A DNA stretch of 64,000 nt from an uncultured delta proteobacterium (GCA_963796685.1 CAWCMR010000014.1:1-64000), one strand, 5' to 3'. Shown: positions 9,438 through 21,448, counted from the stretch's first letter. Notes: generated by a model from the letters alone, not told the origin. Made by a program: numbers and translations.

Positions 9438-11657
9438 CTACTCGCTGGCCTGATCGGAGCCGGGCGGTTTGAGCAGCTCCAGGCGCTGCGCGAGCTTCTG
9501 CAGCGCCTCGGGCCGGGCCTGACGCCGACGGCGCAAGGATTCGAGGTGCTCCCAGACGATCTCCTGCACGCGCCGCCAGTCGTCGGTAGCTTGCACGGTA
9601 CCTGCGCGATCGGCCAAGCTCAGGGCGAGGACCCAGTCGATGCCGCCGCCCGCCTTGCCCGATCGGCCATTTCGGCCGTCGCGGAAGTTGCGTTCGAGAT
9701 AGGTGGCCAGCACGCGCGTAAGCAGTCCCACGAAGGCAAACTGCTCGCTGGCTGTACACTCGCCGAGCTTGTCGGCGACGGCCAGGAAAGCCAGGCAGCC
9801 CGCTCCTTTGCCGGCGCCGTCGGCCAGGCGAACCAGGGCGCCGAAGCGCAAGGCGCGGGCGGCCTCGTCGTCGAGATCGTCGAGCCCCAGACGTCTTTCA
9901 CCGATGCGACACGCGAAGGCCGACTTGCCGTCGTGGGTGGCCGAAAAGGCCAGCGTCTTCGTTTCGCCGGTGCGCCGGTCGGTCACCTCGGCCTTGCCCT
10001 TGAGCTCGCGGCGTGTGCCGTGCGTGGCGGAACAGTCGGTCTCGACGGTGAAGCCAGGCAATTCCGCTCTGTCAGGGGCCATGGAGGCCAGACTGGAGAA
10101 GGCGGCGCGTGCCACCGCGCTTTCAGGCGAAACGCGATTCTTGCACGCACGCGCGAACGCATCGGCGCCCGAGCCCAGCTTGGGCTCATTGCTGCGTCCT
10201 TGGGCAAGCATGCCGACGAAGGCCTTTTCGGGGGGCTTGCCGCCGAGCGCCTTCCAGAGATCCATGGCATGGGCAGCCCGGCGCATGGCGATGGCCGCCT
10301 CGGGGCCGGCGATGTCGTCGAAAAACCAGGCGCAGCTCGCGTACATCAGCAAGAGCGAACGTTGCATCTCCATGTGCAGAAGCGCGTGCGTCGACAACTT
10401 GCCGCGATCCCGGCGCAGACTCGGTCTGCCGAGCGAGCGCAAGTGCTGCTTGCGTGCGTCGGGTCCCTCGTCCGCGATCTCGGCGTAGCGGTCGCGCGCC
10501 TGCCACGGATCGGCGAACAGGTCGCCACCATCGTCCTCGAAGAAGCGGGCGGCGCGGTCGCGCAGAAGATCGAGCGCTTGGCGCAAGGGCGCCCGCCAGG
10601 CCTGGCTGCTGCCCTTCAAGTCGTGCATGCGGCAGCCGCAGTCGCGCGTCCAGCGCCCGAGCCCGTGTCCGCAACTCCACGCCGTGCCCTCACCGTCGGG
10701 TCCGGGCCGCAGGCGCAGATCCCACGTGGGCGGCCATTCGGCCAGGTAGGCATCGAGGTTCGTCACCTCCATCTCCTGTTCCGGCGCGGCTATGTTCAGC
10801 GCGTAGGCAAGGGTCAGGTCGGCGAACTTCTTGTGGTGGCCGTATAGCTCGCCATCCGAGGCAGCGAGCACCAGTCGCTTGCCCGTGGCCTTGGAACGGT
10901 CGGCCGAGCGGCGCATGGCTTCGAGAAAGCCGCTGGCGTCTCGGGTGGCGTTGCCGAAGGCCAGGTCGCGCGAGAGCGGACCGTCGAAGATGGCCACGAC
11001 GAGGGCGCGGCCCGAGCCGTCGGGATGGAGAAATCGGTACGCGTGGCCCGTATCCAGGGTTTCGCTGGTCACGGTTTGCCAGGCTTCACCGGCCGGGCGC
11101 ACGGCTTCGATCTGCTCGGGTGCCAGAATCGTGAATTTCACGCCAGCCTCGATCAATGCCGCCAAGGTCGCGTCGTTGGCGGCCGTCTCGGGCAGCCACA
11201 TGCCCGAGGCTTCGCGGCCGAATCTCTGTCGGAAATCGATCTGGCCCCACAGAATCTGCGTCCGCAAGTCGTGCTGCGAGAGGAGCGGCGTGATGGGATG
11301 GGCCCACACCTGGGCCATCGCCCCGCCCGCCGCCAGGCGCGCCTGCTGGTCGGCATCGCCTTGGCGCATTCGCCGCATCACCTGGCCATCGTGCCGGGCC
11401 AACCAGCGCGCGAGCGTGGGACCAAGGTCGAAGGACATCCCGGCATAGTTGTTGACGATGGACGCCACATGCTGCTTGGGACCGTAGATACGCGCATAGG
11501 CGTTGGCTCGATAGCACTCGGCATGAATGCGCGCGTTCCAGTTGGGGAACGGCGCGGCGCTCGGCTCGCGCGGCACTTGGTCGGTCCAAGGGTTCTCCCG
11601 GGGTGGTTGATAAAAGTGCCCGTGGACAACCAAGGCGATGGACGGCCGTTTCTTCAT
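9438..11657 (-). CDS. Glycoside hydrolase family 57 / DUF3536 protein
   Basis: HGHFYQPPRENPW, GMWLPETA, DGELYGHH, WSCGHGLGRW..DCGC, MYASCAWFFDD. Confidence 0.88.
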   Translation of the reverse strand: MKKRPSIALVVHGHFYQPPRENPWTDQVPREPSAAPFPNWNARIHAECYRANAYARIYGPKQHVASIVNNYAGMSFDLGPTLARWLARHDGQVMRRMRQGDADQQARLAAGGAMAQVWAHPITPLLSQHDLRTQILWGQIDFRQRFGREASGMWLPETAANDATLAALIEAGVKFTILAPEQIEAVRPAGEAWQTVTSETLDTGHAYRFLHPDGSGRALVVAIFDGPLSRDLAFGNATRDASGFLEAMRRSADRSKATGKRLVLAASDGELYGHHKKFADLTLAYALNIAAPEQEMEVTNLDAYLAEWPPTWDLRLRPGPDGEGTAWSCGHGLGRWTRDCGCRMHDLKGSSQAWRAPLRQALDLLRDRAARFFEDDGGDLFADPWQARDRYAEIADEGPDARKQHLRSLGRPSLRRDRGKLSTHALLHMEMQRSLLLMYASCAWFFDDIAGPEAAIAMRRAAHAMDLWKALGGKPPEKAFVGMLAQGRSNEPKLGSGADAFARACKNRVSPESAVARAAFSSLASMAPDRAELPGFTVETDCSATHGTRRELKGKAEVTDRRTGETKTLAFSATHDGKSAFACRIGERRLGLDDLDDEAARALRFGALVRLADGAGKGAGCLAFLAVADKLGECTASEQFAFVGLLTRVLATYLERNFRDGRNGRSGKAGGGIDWVLALSLADRAGTVQATDDWRRVQEIVWEHLESLRRRRQARPEALQKLAQRLELLKPPGSDQASE

Positions 11658-11719
11658 TGGCAGCTGAATGTATCGCGCCCGGCCGCCTTTTGCACGGATG
11701 GGGGGACAGCGGCTCTCTT

Positions 11720-12973
11720 CTAGAAGTTGCGGGCCCGGGTCAACCAGGTGTCGCGCGCCTTGCCGACCACGGTGATGCCGCCTTGGCTGACGTGGTGGCG
11801 AACGGCATCGCGCGCCAGATCGTGGCCGATGTGATCGCCGGGAGCGACGCGCACGTTCTTGTCGATGATGGCGCGCTGGATGCGGGCGCCCTTGCCCACG
11901 TGCACGTTGTCGAAGAGAATCGAGTCGCGGACCTCGGCACCCTCGTCGACCCAGACGTTGCGGCCAAGCACGCAGTCCTTGACGAAACCGCCGGCGATCA
12001 CGCAGCCGCTCGACATGATGGATTGCACGAGCATGCCGCGGCGGCGATCGTCGTCGAACACCAGCTTCGACGGGGGATCGGGGTAGTTCACGCTGACGAT
12101 GGGCCACTCCCAGTTGTACAGGTTGAAATGCGGCTGCACGTTTTTGAGATCCATGTTGGCCTCGTAGTAGGCCTCGATGGTCCCGACGTCGCGCCAGTAG
12201 GCGAGCTCGCCTTTCTCCGTGACACCTGGGATGCGATTGCGTGAAAAGTCGTAGCAGAACACGCGGCCGGTCTTGAGCAGCGACGGCAGGATGTTCTTGC
12301 CGAAATCGTGATGGGTATCCTGCTGCGAGTCCGCCTCCAGCGCATCGTGGAGGGGCAGGGGGGCGAAGGTGTAGTTTCCCATGGACGCCAGGGCGTGGGC
12401 CGGATCGCCCGGAATGGTCAGGACGTTGCTGGTCGGCTTTTCCTGAAAGCCGATGACCCGGCCCTCGACGTCGGTTTCGACGATGCCGAATTGCGACGCC
12501 TCGCTGACCGGAACCGGCAGGCATGCGATGGTGGCCAGGGCGTCCTTCTCCAGATGAAAATCCACCATCTGGCGTACGCTCATCTTGTAGACGTGGTCGG
12601 CGCCGAAGACCACCACCACGTCGGGACGGAAGTCCTCGACCAGATGAAAATTCTGGTGAATCGAATCCGCGGTGCCGCGGTACCAGCTCTCGCCCATGCG
12701 CATCTGGGCCGGTACGATGGTCACGAAGTCAGCGTGGGTGCTGCGGGTTCCCCACACGTGCTGGATGTGCTCGACCAGAGACTGGGCCTTGTACTGCGAC
12801 AGCACGTACATGGCGCGGATGCCCGAGTTGTGCATGTTGGAAAGCACGAAGTCGATGATGCGATAGCGGCCGCCAAAAGGGACGGCGGGCTTGGCCCGAT
12901 CCCGCGTCAGCGGGAACAGCCGCTCCCCTTTGCCGCCAGCCATGATGAAGGCGAGTATGCGTGGTTCATCCAT
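11720..12973 (-). CDS. glgC: Glucose-1-phosphate adenylyltransferase
   Basis: AGGKGERLFPLTRDRAKPAVPFGG.YRIIDF, WYRGTADS, ADHVYKM, FQEKP, YWRDVGT, C-terminal left-handed beta-helix. Confidence 0.96.
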   Translation of the reverse strand: MDEPRILAFIMAGGKGERLFPLTRDRAKPAVPFGGRYRIIDFVLSNMHNSGIRAMYVLSQYKAQSLVEHIQHVWGTRSTHADFVTIVPAQMRMGESWYRGTADSIHQNFHLVEDFRPDVVVVFGADHVYKMSVRQMVDFHLEKDALATIACLPVPVSEASQFGIVETDVEGRVIGFQEKPTSNVLTIPGDPAHALASMGNYTFAPLPLHDALEADSQQDTHHDFGKNILPSLLKTGRVFCYDFSRNRIPGVTEKGELAYWRDVGTIEAYYEANMDLKNVQPHFNLYNWEWPIVSVNYPDPPSKLVFDDDRRRGMLVQSIMSSGCVIAGGFVKDCVLGRNVWVDEGAEVRDSILFDNVHVGKGARIQRAIIDKNVRVAPGDHIGHDLARDAVRHHVSQGGITVVGKARDTWLTRARNF

Positions 12974-13113
12974 GTTTCTTGGTCCGGCAGCATTATATCC
13001 CCGAATTGGTTCCTCGCCCCTTTTGAAGAGGGTTCTTTCGAGCTCCCGTGGCGAGTGCAGTCGGGCAAAGCCCGCCTGCATTCACGCGATGTTTGTGCAA
13101 CACTCATTTCCGC

Positions 13114-15258
13114 ATGACGCCTGCGGAAAAGATCGCGCACAAGCTTCACGAGCTCTCGATGAACATGTGGTGGGCGTGGAACCCCTCGGTCATCAAGCTG
13201 TTTCGTGACATCGACCGCGAGGCCTTCGGCGCCTCGAAGCACAACCCGCTCATGGTGGTGAAGCGGCTTTCTCTCGAGCGCCTGCAGGCGCTGGCCGGCG
13301 ACGCCGCCATGCGGGCCCGCGTCGATCGGACCTATCGCGAATTCCGCACCTATGTTTCCCCGACCGCCGAGACCTGGGCCGAGACCCATGCCGCCCCGCT
13401 TCGGGTACGACCCGTGGCCTACTTCTCGGCCGAGTTCGGCATCCACGAATCGTTGCCCATTTACAGCGGTGGCCTGGGCGTGCTCGCAGGCGACCATCTC
13501 AAGACAGCGTCGGATCTGGGGCTGGCGCTGGTCGCGGTCGGGCTCTTCTATCGCGAGTCCTATTTTCGCCAGCACATCGACCCCGAGGGACAGCAGCACG
13601 CCGAGTATGTGAGCGCGCCGGTAGAGTACCTGGCCACCACCCTCAGGATGGGAGCCGACGGCAAGCCGCTCATCATCGATGTGCCGCTCGGCCACGAGCG
13701 GCTCCTCGCCCAGGTGTGGCAGGTGAACGTGGGGCGCAACCAGCTTCTCCTGCTCGACACCGATGTGGACGGCAACAGCGACGACAATCGCCGCTTGGCC
13801 GCGCGCCTCTATTTCGGCGACCAGCGCGTGCGCATCCGACAGGAGCTGTTGCTCGGCGTGGGCGGCATTCGCGCCCTGCGCGCCTGCGGAATCGACTGGA
13901 GCGGGTTGCACCTGAACGAGGGGCACAGTGCCTTCGCCACGCTGGAGTACGCCCGCCTGCGCATGATCGAAACCGGCGGCTCGTTCGCGGACGTGGCCCA
14001 GGACGTGGCCCAGTCCACGGTGTTCACCACGCACACCCCGGTCGCCGCCGGCCACGATCGTTTTCCGGCCGCGTTGGTCAACGAGTACCTCGAACCCTTG
14101 CGGGTTTCGTTGCGGCTTTCGCGCGACGAGTTCCTGGGCCTTGGACGCGTGCGACCCGGAGATCCCAACGAATCCCTGTGCATGACCGTACTGGCCTTCA
14201 AGATGTCGCGCTATGCGAACGCCGTCTCTTGCTTGCACGGGCGCGTTACGCGCAAGGCCTGGCAAGTCCTGTGGCCGCACCACCGCGAGGACGAGGTTCC
14301 CATTGGCCACATCACCAACGGCGTGCACGCCCGCACCTGGCTGGCGCCTGCCATGCAGGAGCTCTACAGCCGGCGCATTGGTCCGGACTGGGCGGACAAC
14401 CTGACCGAGCCCGCCATGTGGGCGCGCATCGAGCACATCCTCGACGCGGAGCTGTGGGAAACCCACCGCGCCTTGCGCGCCAACCTGGTGAGCTTCGTGC
14501 GACAGCAAGTGTCGGCGCAGCGCCAGCGCAGCGGGCACAGCGAGGAGCTGGTTCGTGCCGCGACTACCGCGCTCGATCCGGACGCCCTGACCATCGGGTT
14601 TGCCCGACGCTTTGCCACCTACAAGCGGGCCAACCTGCTCTTTACCGATATCGAGCGTCTGAAGCGCATCCTGCGCAACGACGCCCGCCCGGTCCAGATC
14701 GTGTTCTCCGGCAAGGCCCACCCGGCCGATCGACCGGGCCAGGACGTGCTGAAGGCGGTGGTGCAGGCCAGCCTGTCCTCCGACCTGCGATCGCACATCG
14801 TCTTCGTCGAGGACTACGACATCAATATCGCGCGCCACCTGGTTCAAGGCGTGGACGTGTGGCTCAATACCCCCCGGCGGCCGCATGAGGCCAGCGGCAC
14901 CAGCGGCGAAAAGGTGCTGCTCAACGGCGGTCTCAACCTGTCGGTTCTCGACGGCTGGTGGGCCGAGGCCTACGACGGCCTAAACGGCTTCGCCATTGGC
15001 AACGGCGTCTGTCATGTGGACGTGGCCGAGCAGGACCGGCGTGACGCCGAGTCGCTTTACCACGTGCTCGAAAACAGCGTCGTTCCCCTCTACTACAATC
15101 AGGACGAGCATGGCGTTCCGCACGGCTGGGTGGCGTACGTCAAGCGCGCCATTCGCACGCTTGGTTGGCGCTTCAACACCGACCGCATGCTGAGAGACTA
15201 CGTGGTCGAGTGCTACTTACCGTCGGCCGGCGTGCGCAGCTGTGCCATGCCAAAGTAG
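13114..15258 (+). CDS. glgP: Alpha-glucan (glycogen) phosphorylase
   Basis: AYFSAEFGIHESLPIYSGGLGVLAGD, HLNEGH, FTTHTPV, GFARRFATYKR, EASGTSGEK (PLP lysine). Confidence 0.95.
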   Translation: MTPAEKIAHKLHELSMNMWWAWNPSVIKLFRDIDREAFGASKHNPLMVVKRLSLERLQALAGDAAMRARVDRTYREFRTYVSPTAETWAETHAAPLRVRPVAYFSAEFGIHESLPIYSGGLGVLAGDHLKTASDLGLALVAVGLFYRESYFRQHIDPEGQQHAEYVSAPVEYLATTLRMGADGKPLIIDVPLGHERLLAQVWQVNVGRNQLLLLDTDVDGNSDDNRRLAARLYFGDQRVRIRQELLLGVGGIRALRACGIDWSGLHLNEGHSAFATLEYARLRMIETGGSFADVAQDVAQSTVFTTHTPVAAGHDRFPAALVNEYLEPLRVSLRLSRDEFLGLGRVRPGDPNESLCMTVLAFKMSRYANAVSCLHGRVTRKAWQVLWPHHREDEVPIGHITNGVHARTWLAPAMQELYSRRIGPDWADNLTEPAMWARIEHILDAELWETHRALRANLVSFVRQQVSAQRQRSGHSEELVRAATTALDPDALTIGFARRFATYKRANLLFTDIERLKRILRNDARPVQIVFSGKAHPADRPGQDVLKAVVQASLSSDLRSHIVFVEDYDINIARHLVQGVDVWLNTPRRPHEASGTSGEKVLLNGGLNLSVLDGWWAEAYDGLNGFAIGNGVCHVDVAEQDRRDAESLYHVLENSVVPLYYNQDEHGVPHGWVAYVKRAIRTLGWRFNTDRMLRDYVVECYLPSAGVRSCAMPK

Positions 15259-15347
15259 CGACGGCACCGCGCGCGCGGCCTGTGCGTTCACGCACGGGCC
15301 TTCCACCTCGGAGCTCGCTCGCGTTACGGTACTTCTTGCGCGGTGCT

Positions 15348-16463
15348 ATGATGGCCCCAATGCCACCGCTTCCTGGACGCATGCTCGGCTTGGGGATGCT
15401 CGCTTGCGCATCCCTGTTCGTCCCAAGCGGCAGCGCCATGGCCATGGTCGGGGTCCTAGCCCAGCCGCGACTGGTCTTGGCTCAGGTCCCCGCAGCCGGC
15501 TCCGTCACGTATACACCGATACGTCGACCAGGGCCTGCAAGCCCGGCCGGGAGCGCTCTGCCCAGTTCGCCGTCGCCTAAGACGCCGGGCTCGCCGCCCT
15601 CCGTGCCGCCGCCTTCCGCCGCGCCAGCCCATGCAGCGCCAGCGCCTGCCGCGCGCTCGACACTCGCACCCCATTACGCGGCTCCGGCGCTGGCCGCGCC
15701 GCCGCCGGCCGGGCCAACCTACTCGACACCGGTCTCGCCGTGGTCAGCCTCACCAGTCTACTCGCCGCCGGCGCCAGTCATGCTGGCCCCTGCGCCAGCC
15801 GCGGCGAACCCATTTGCGCCCGCCGTGGCGGTGCCGGGGCTCGGCGCGGCCAGCTATGTCGCTCCCTCGCCGGCCACGACCCGGGCGCTGCCTGTGCCCT
15901 ATGTGCCTGCAGCCTCGTCCGCCGCGGTCGCCGCCACGTCCGTCCGCCCGCCCAACGCGGGACATCGTTTCCTCGGCGTGGCTTCCGATGTCGGCATGCC
16001 CGACGGGCTCAATTTCGGGTTGGTCCTGGCACCGGCCGATTGGATGCGATTGGTTGCCGCCATCGGTACCAATTCCGCCAGCCTCGACTATCGCGGCGGC
16101 GTGTCGCTCGTGCCTATGGGATGGGGGCCATCGTTTACCTTGGAGGTCGGTCACTGCGACACGGCCCCGACCACCGGCCTGATTCGAACCTTCTTCACGG
16201 TGCCGTCCTGGGTGCGGCCCTATGTCCAGCAACTCGGGTACACCTATGTCAACGCGCACGTGGGTTTCGACTATCGCCTGGGTGGGCTCATCCTGTTCGT
16301 CCACGGTGGTTTTACTTATCTTAGTGGTACCCTTCGTTCGCCCAACCCGATTGTCGTCGACAGCAGTACCAACACCTCCATCACGATCGCCCAGGACGGC
16401 AACGTCACGGCCTACACGCTGTCGGGCAAGGCCGGGTTCCTCTACATGTTTGGAGGGCTCTAG
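15348..16463 (+). CDS. Exported protein: Pro/Ala-rich linker plus predicted C-terminal outer-membrane beta-barrel
   Basis: Signal-like N-terminus, about 150 aa Pro/Ala/Ser tract, then amphipathic beta strands ending GKAGFLYMF. Start uncertain. Confidence 0.65.
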   Translation: MMAPMPPLPGRMLGLGMLACASLFVPSGSAMAMVGVLAQPRLVLAQVPAAGSVTYTPIRRPGPASPAGSALPSSPSPKTPGSPPSVPPPSAAPAHAAPAPAARSTLAPHYAAPALAAPPPAGPTYSTPVSPWSASPVYSPPAPVMLAPAPAAANPFAPAVAVPGLGAASYVAPSPATTRALPVPYVPAASSAAVAATSVRPPNAGHRFLGVASDVGMPDGLNFGLVLAPADWMRLVAAIGTNSASLDYRGGVSLVPMGWGPSFTLEVGHCDTAPTTGLIRTFFTVPSWVRPYVQQLGYTYVNAHVGFDYRLGGLILFVHGGFTYLSGTLRSPNPIVVDSSTNTSITIAQDGNVTAYTLSGKAGFLYMFGGL

Positions 16464-16465
16464 CC

Positions 16466-17029
16466 ATGCCTCGCACGCTCGCCCGCCTCGTTCCACTGTG
16501 CATGCTGCTGGCGGGTGGGTGCTCGCCGGCTGTCGACGCGAAGTTCGACGATGTCGAAGTCACCCGACCCGATATCCCGGTCCCAGGCGCAGGGACGTCT
16601 GGGTTGTCTTCGGTGATGTTTTCCTTCAATTTCGACAGTACCAAGCTGGGGGCGAGCTCGAATCTCCAGGCCCAAAGCGGGATCGCGTCGGCGAAGCTGC
16701 ACAGCTTGGATCTCACGGCAAAGGGAGGGGTCACGGATCTCTCGTTCATCGAGACGCTGCACGCCTTCGCCTTCGTGCCCTTGGCCAAGACGAGCTACCA
16801 GTCGACGCGGCAAGTAGAGATCGCGGACTACGAGCGACGCGCCGAAGGGCCCGTGGGCCCGACCTTCTCGGTTCCCTTGCCCGAGCCGGTCGACATCTTG
16901 CCCCTCTTGCAACCGAGCTCCGCGGATCAGCGCAAGATTGTCGTGGTGGTAAGTCTCGGCGGCCGGCTGCCCAGCCAAAACTGGACGACCGACGTCTCCA
17001 TGTCGATTTCGGTCGAGCTGCGACAATAG
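16466..17029 (+). CDS. Hypothetical lipoprotein
   Basis: LLAGGC lipobox; starts 2 nt after the previous stop; beta-rich. Confidence 0.72.
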   Translation: MPRTLARLVPLCMLLAGGCSPAVDAKFDDVEVTRPDIPVPGAGTSGLSSVMFSFNFDSTKLGASSNLQAQSGIASAKLHSLDLTAKGGVTDLSFIETLHAFAFVPLAKTSYQSTRQVEIADYERRAEGPVGPTFSVPLPEPVDILPLLQPSSADQRKIVVVVSLGGRLPSQNWTTDVSMSISVELRQ

Positions 17030-17047
17030 CGCGCGTGCGACTCGGGG

Positions 17048-17416
17048 CTAGGCCGCGATGCGCGAGGGGCGGCGCAATCCGCCCGCGGGCTGTTCGGCTT
17101 CCTGCTCGGTTTCGCCGCCGCCGAGACGCGCCCATAGTTTCTTGAGCGCACCGAGCTCGATCTGGCGCACGCGCTCACGCGTCAGCGACAGGCGGGTGGC
17201 GATCTCCTCGAGGGTCATTCCCCCTTGCTCTGCGGCTTCGAGGGCGCATGCCTCACGCACCACGGGCAGGTGAAGCTCGGCCGGTTTCGCGCCGCGGTTG
17301 TCGCGGCGTTCGGCGGTCAGGTTGAATCGGCACACGGCGTGCGGGCACGGGCCCGGAAGCTTTCGGCAAGCACCACGCGTGATCTTGTAAAGGTTGATGC
17401 GTAGCTCGTCTGCCAT
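17048..17416 (-). CDS. Small Cys4 (putative Zn) + sigma70 region-4 HTH protein, paralog 1
   Basis: C-x6-C-x4-C...CAL followed by TLEEIATRLSLTRERVRQIELGALKKL; AAGGA RBS upstream of ATG 17416. Confidence 0.8.
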   Translation of the reverse strand: MADELRINLYKITRGACRKLPGPCPHAVCRFNLTAERRDNRGAKPAELHLPVVREACALEAAEQGGMTLEEIATRLSLTRERVRQIELGALKKLWARLGGGETEQEAEQPAGGLRRPSRIAA

Positions 17417-17661
17417 GGTACACGTCCTTGTCGTCGGGGAATCGAGAGTCGGAAAGTCGGTTTGCAAAAACGCGGTCACAGTTCGTTCGGCAGAAGCCCC
17501 GGCCGCCTTGAGTCGGTTTCTGTTTGGATTCGAGACTTTGCCGCAAATGTGTGAGGCAAGATACAGTCGCGGCAGTCGAGTCAGCCGTACGTCGGTTGGT
17601 TGTCCGCGGCGTCCGGGTCGCTGCTTGCGGGCTTTGCTTTCAAGTGTGGAAGCGCGTGACG

Positions 17662-18633
17662 CTAGTTGGGTGACTTCTCTGGTAGCTCCAGCGCGATTTT
17701 AGTCTCACGCGCGAAGATGAGCAAGGCGACAATGCCGACCAGCACCGCGAACCACAGGGTGCAAAGACGCGTAATGAAGGTTGCCGCCGCCGCCACGCTG
17801 CGATTGCAGCCGGTGGCGAGCTGCCCCAGCATGGCCAGCATGCCGGCCTCGGTGACGCCCAGGCCGCCGGGCAAGAACGACAGGGCGCCCGCCACGGTCA
17901 TGGAGGCGTAGATGAAGGTGGCGGCCTGGATGTCGACGGAGGCGCCCGCGAATCCGTGCACCACGGCCCAGAAGGCCGTGCACTCGAAGGACCAGCTGAC
18001 CACGGAAAGCAGCACGCCGACCACGAGAGGCTTGGGTCGCAGCAGCTCGGCGGTGGTCTGGTGGGCCTCTTCGAGCTTGTGGCTGACGCGGCGGACGAGG
18101 GGGACATGGGTCGAAAGGCGAAGGAAGAATCTGGCGATGGGGTCGACCGAAACCACGACCAGGCCGAATCCGATGAGGCCGGCGCCGATGACCAGGAAGC
18201 GAGGATCGGCTTCGAAGGTGAAGATGCCCACGCACGCGAGCAAAAGCAGACCTACGAGGTCCGTAAATCGCTCGGCGACGATGATGGGCGCGGTGCGCGA
18301 GGCCGGAATGGCGTGCGACTCGCGCAGCAGGAAGGCCTTGACCACTTCGCCCAGCTTTCCCGGCGTCACGGTCAGCGAGAAGCCACCCAGGAACACCAGC
18401 AGGCTGTGTCCGGCGGGGACGTCGAGGCCTAGCACCTCGAGGTAGTAGTGCCAGCGTGCGAAGCGGACCAGGTAGTTGAGCGAGGCCAGCCCGAGGGCGG
18501 CCAGGGCAATCAGCCAATGAAAGTCGGCCAGGGCGTGGCCCACGTTGCGCGCGCCCGCCCAAATGGAGAAGCCGACGTAGATGGCGACCCCAGCCGCCAC
18601 GCCCAGGATGACCCTCCCGAGAAGCTTCTTCAC
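17662..18633 (-). CDS. Lysylphosphatidylglycerol-synthase TM-domain (UPF0104) membrane protein
   Basis: [41 protein letters not shown]. Confidence 0.85.
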   Translation of the reverse strand: MKKLLGRVILGVAAGVAIYVGFSIWAGARNVGHALADFHWLIALAALGLASLNYLVRFARWHYYLEVLGLDVPAGHSLLVFLGGFSLTVTPGKLGEVVKAFLLRESHAIPASRTAPIIVAERFTDLVGLLLLACVGIFTFEADPRFLVIGAGLIGFGLVVVSVDPIARFFLRLSTHVPLVRRVSHKLEEAHQTTAELLRPKPLVVGVLLSVVSWSFECTAFWAVVHGFAGASVDIQAATFIYASMTVAGALSFLPGGLGVTEAGMLAMLGQLATGCNRSVAAAATFITRLCTLWFAVLVGIVALLIFARETKIALELPEKSPN

Positions 18634-18642
18634 GGAAGCGGC

Positions 18643-20493
<1,851 letters not shown>

Positions 20494-20572
20494 GATATTG
20501 CTCGAAACTGCGGTGCTACTCATACGGGCCGGGAGACATAGCACGAAGTCGCGCTAGGCGCCTTAGTTCATA

Positions 20573-21448
20573 TTGCGCTACGCTGCCGGGGTGGCAGACG
20601 ACGCTGGCACTTCCAGGGTATCAGACGCCGCGGATCCGGAGACGCGGGGAATTTTGCTTTGCCTCTCGGCCTCGGGGGGCGACGAATCGGTGTTGGGTGG
20701 CCTGGACGAGAAGCGCCGCGCGGTTTGCGCCGGGATATGGCGGAAGCTGCAACAGGCTGGCGAATCCCGGCGTGAAGGGATTCTTGCCGAATGGCGGGCG
20801 GAGGCGGCGAGCCCCGTACCCCAGGGTTTGGAGCGTCTTCATCCGAGCTGGATCGCCAGGGCGCTCGAGGGCGAGCCGGCTCATCTCGTTCGCCTGGCCG
20901 TGACCGACTTGCCGGAAGGCGTGCGTGCGTACGCCGTGGGCATGGTCGGCGGAGGCGCGGGGACAGGTAAGGACGACGAGCTTCGAGCCTGCCCGAGCGC
21001 GACCAAGCGCGAGATCGCGCGCATGGCTTTCGGGTCGCTTACGCCCTTGTGCGAAAGCGCCTGCGGGCCTTTGGCCGAAACCCTGTGTGCTCTCCCCTTC
21101 GATGCGCTTTTGATCGAGGCCACCCGTCGGGGGGCTCGCGTCGTGGGGCAGTCCTTGGCCGGCGCGTCCCCGACCCTGCGTGCCCACGCCATGGCCGCCA
21201 TCGGGGAGCCGTGGGCGCAGGTCATCGGTGCCGCGTCTGTGGAGGGAACGTCCGATGCCGACCGCAAGACGGCCTTGCTGCACGCCAACGCGCGCATCCC
21301 GGATTCGGTGCGCACGCAGGGCGATCGGCTGCTTCACATCGGCTTGCTCGCGCTGAAGACTGAGCTGGTCGCCGAGCACGCGGGCTCGATCTATCGGGTC
21401 GCCGGCCGGTTGCCGGCAGCTCTTGGCCGGCCTTTGTTGGCATGGTAG
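20573..21448 (+). CDS. Hypothetical protein, SctK/YscK-like candidate
   Basis: Helical, Leu/Ala-rich protein with LHPSW motif, located just upstream of sctL-sctN. Function inferred from motif and position; start uncertain (TTG 20573 or GTG 20591). Confidence 0.45.
   Translation: MRYAAGVADDAGTSRVSDAADPETRGILLCLSASGGDESVLGGLDEKRRAVCAGIWRKLQQAGESRREGILAEWRAEAASPVPQGLERLHPSWIARALEGEPAHLVRLAVTDLPEGVRAYAVGMVGGGAGTGKDDELRACPSATKREIARMAFGSLTPLCESACGPLAETLCALPFDALLIEATRRGARVVGQSLAGASPTLRAHAMAAIGEPWAQVIGAASVEGTSDADRKTALLHANARIPDSVRTQGDRLLHIGLLALKTELVAEHAGSIYRVAGRLPAALGRPLLAW

Noticed and set aside
17488-17543. c-di-GMP-I riboswitch call
   Set aside because: Lacks the P2 stem with GNRA tetraloop; kept only as an unassigned hairpin.
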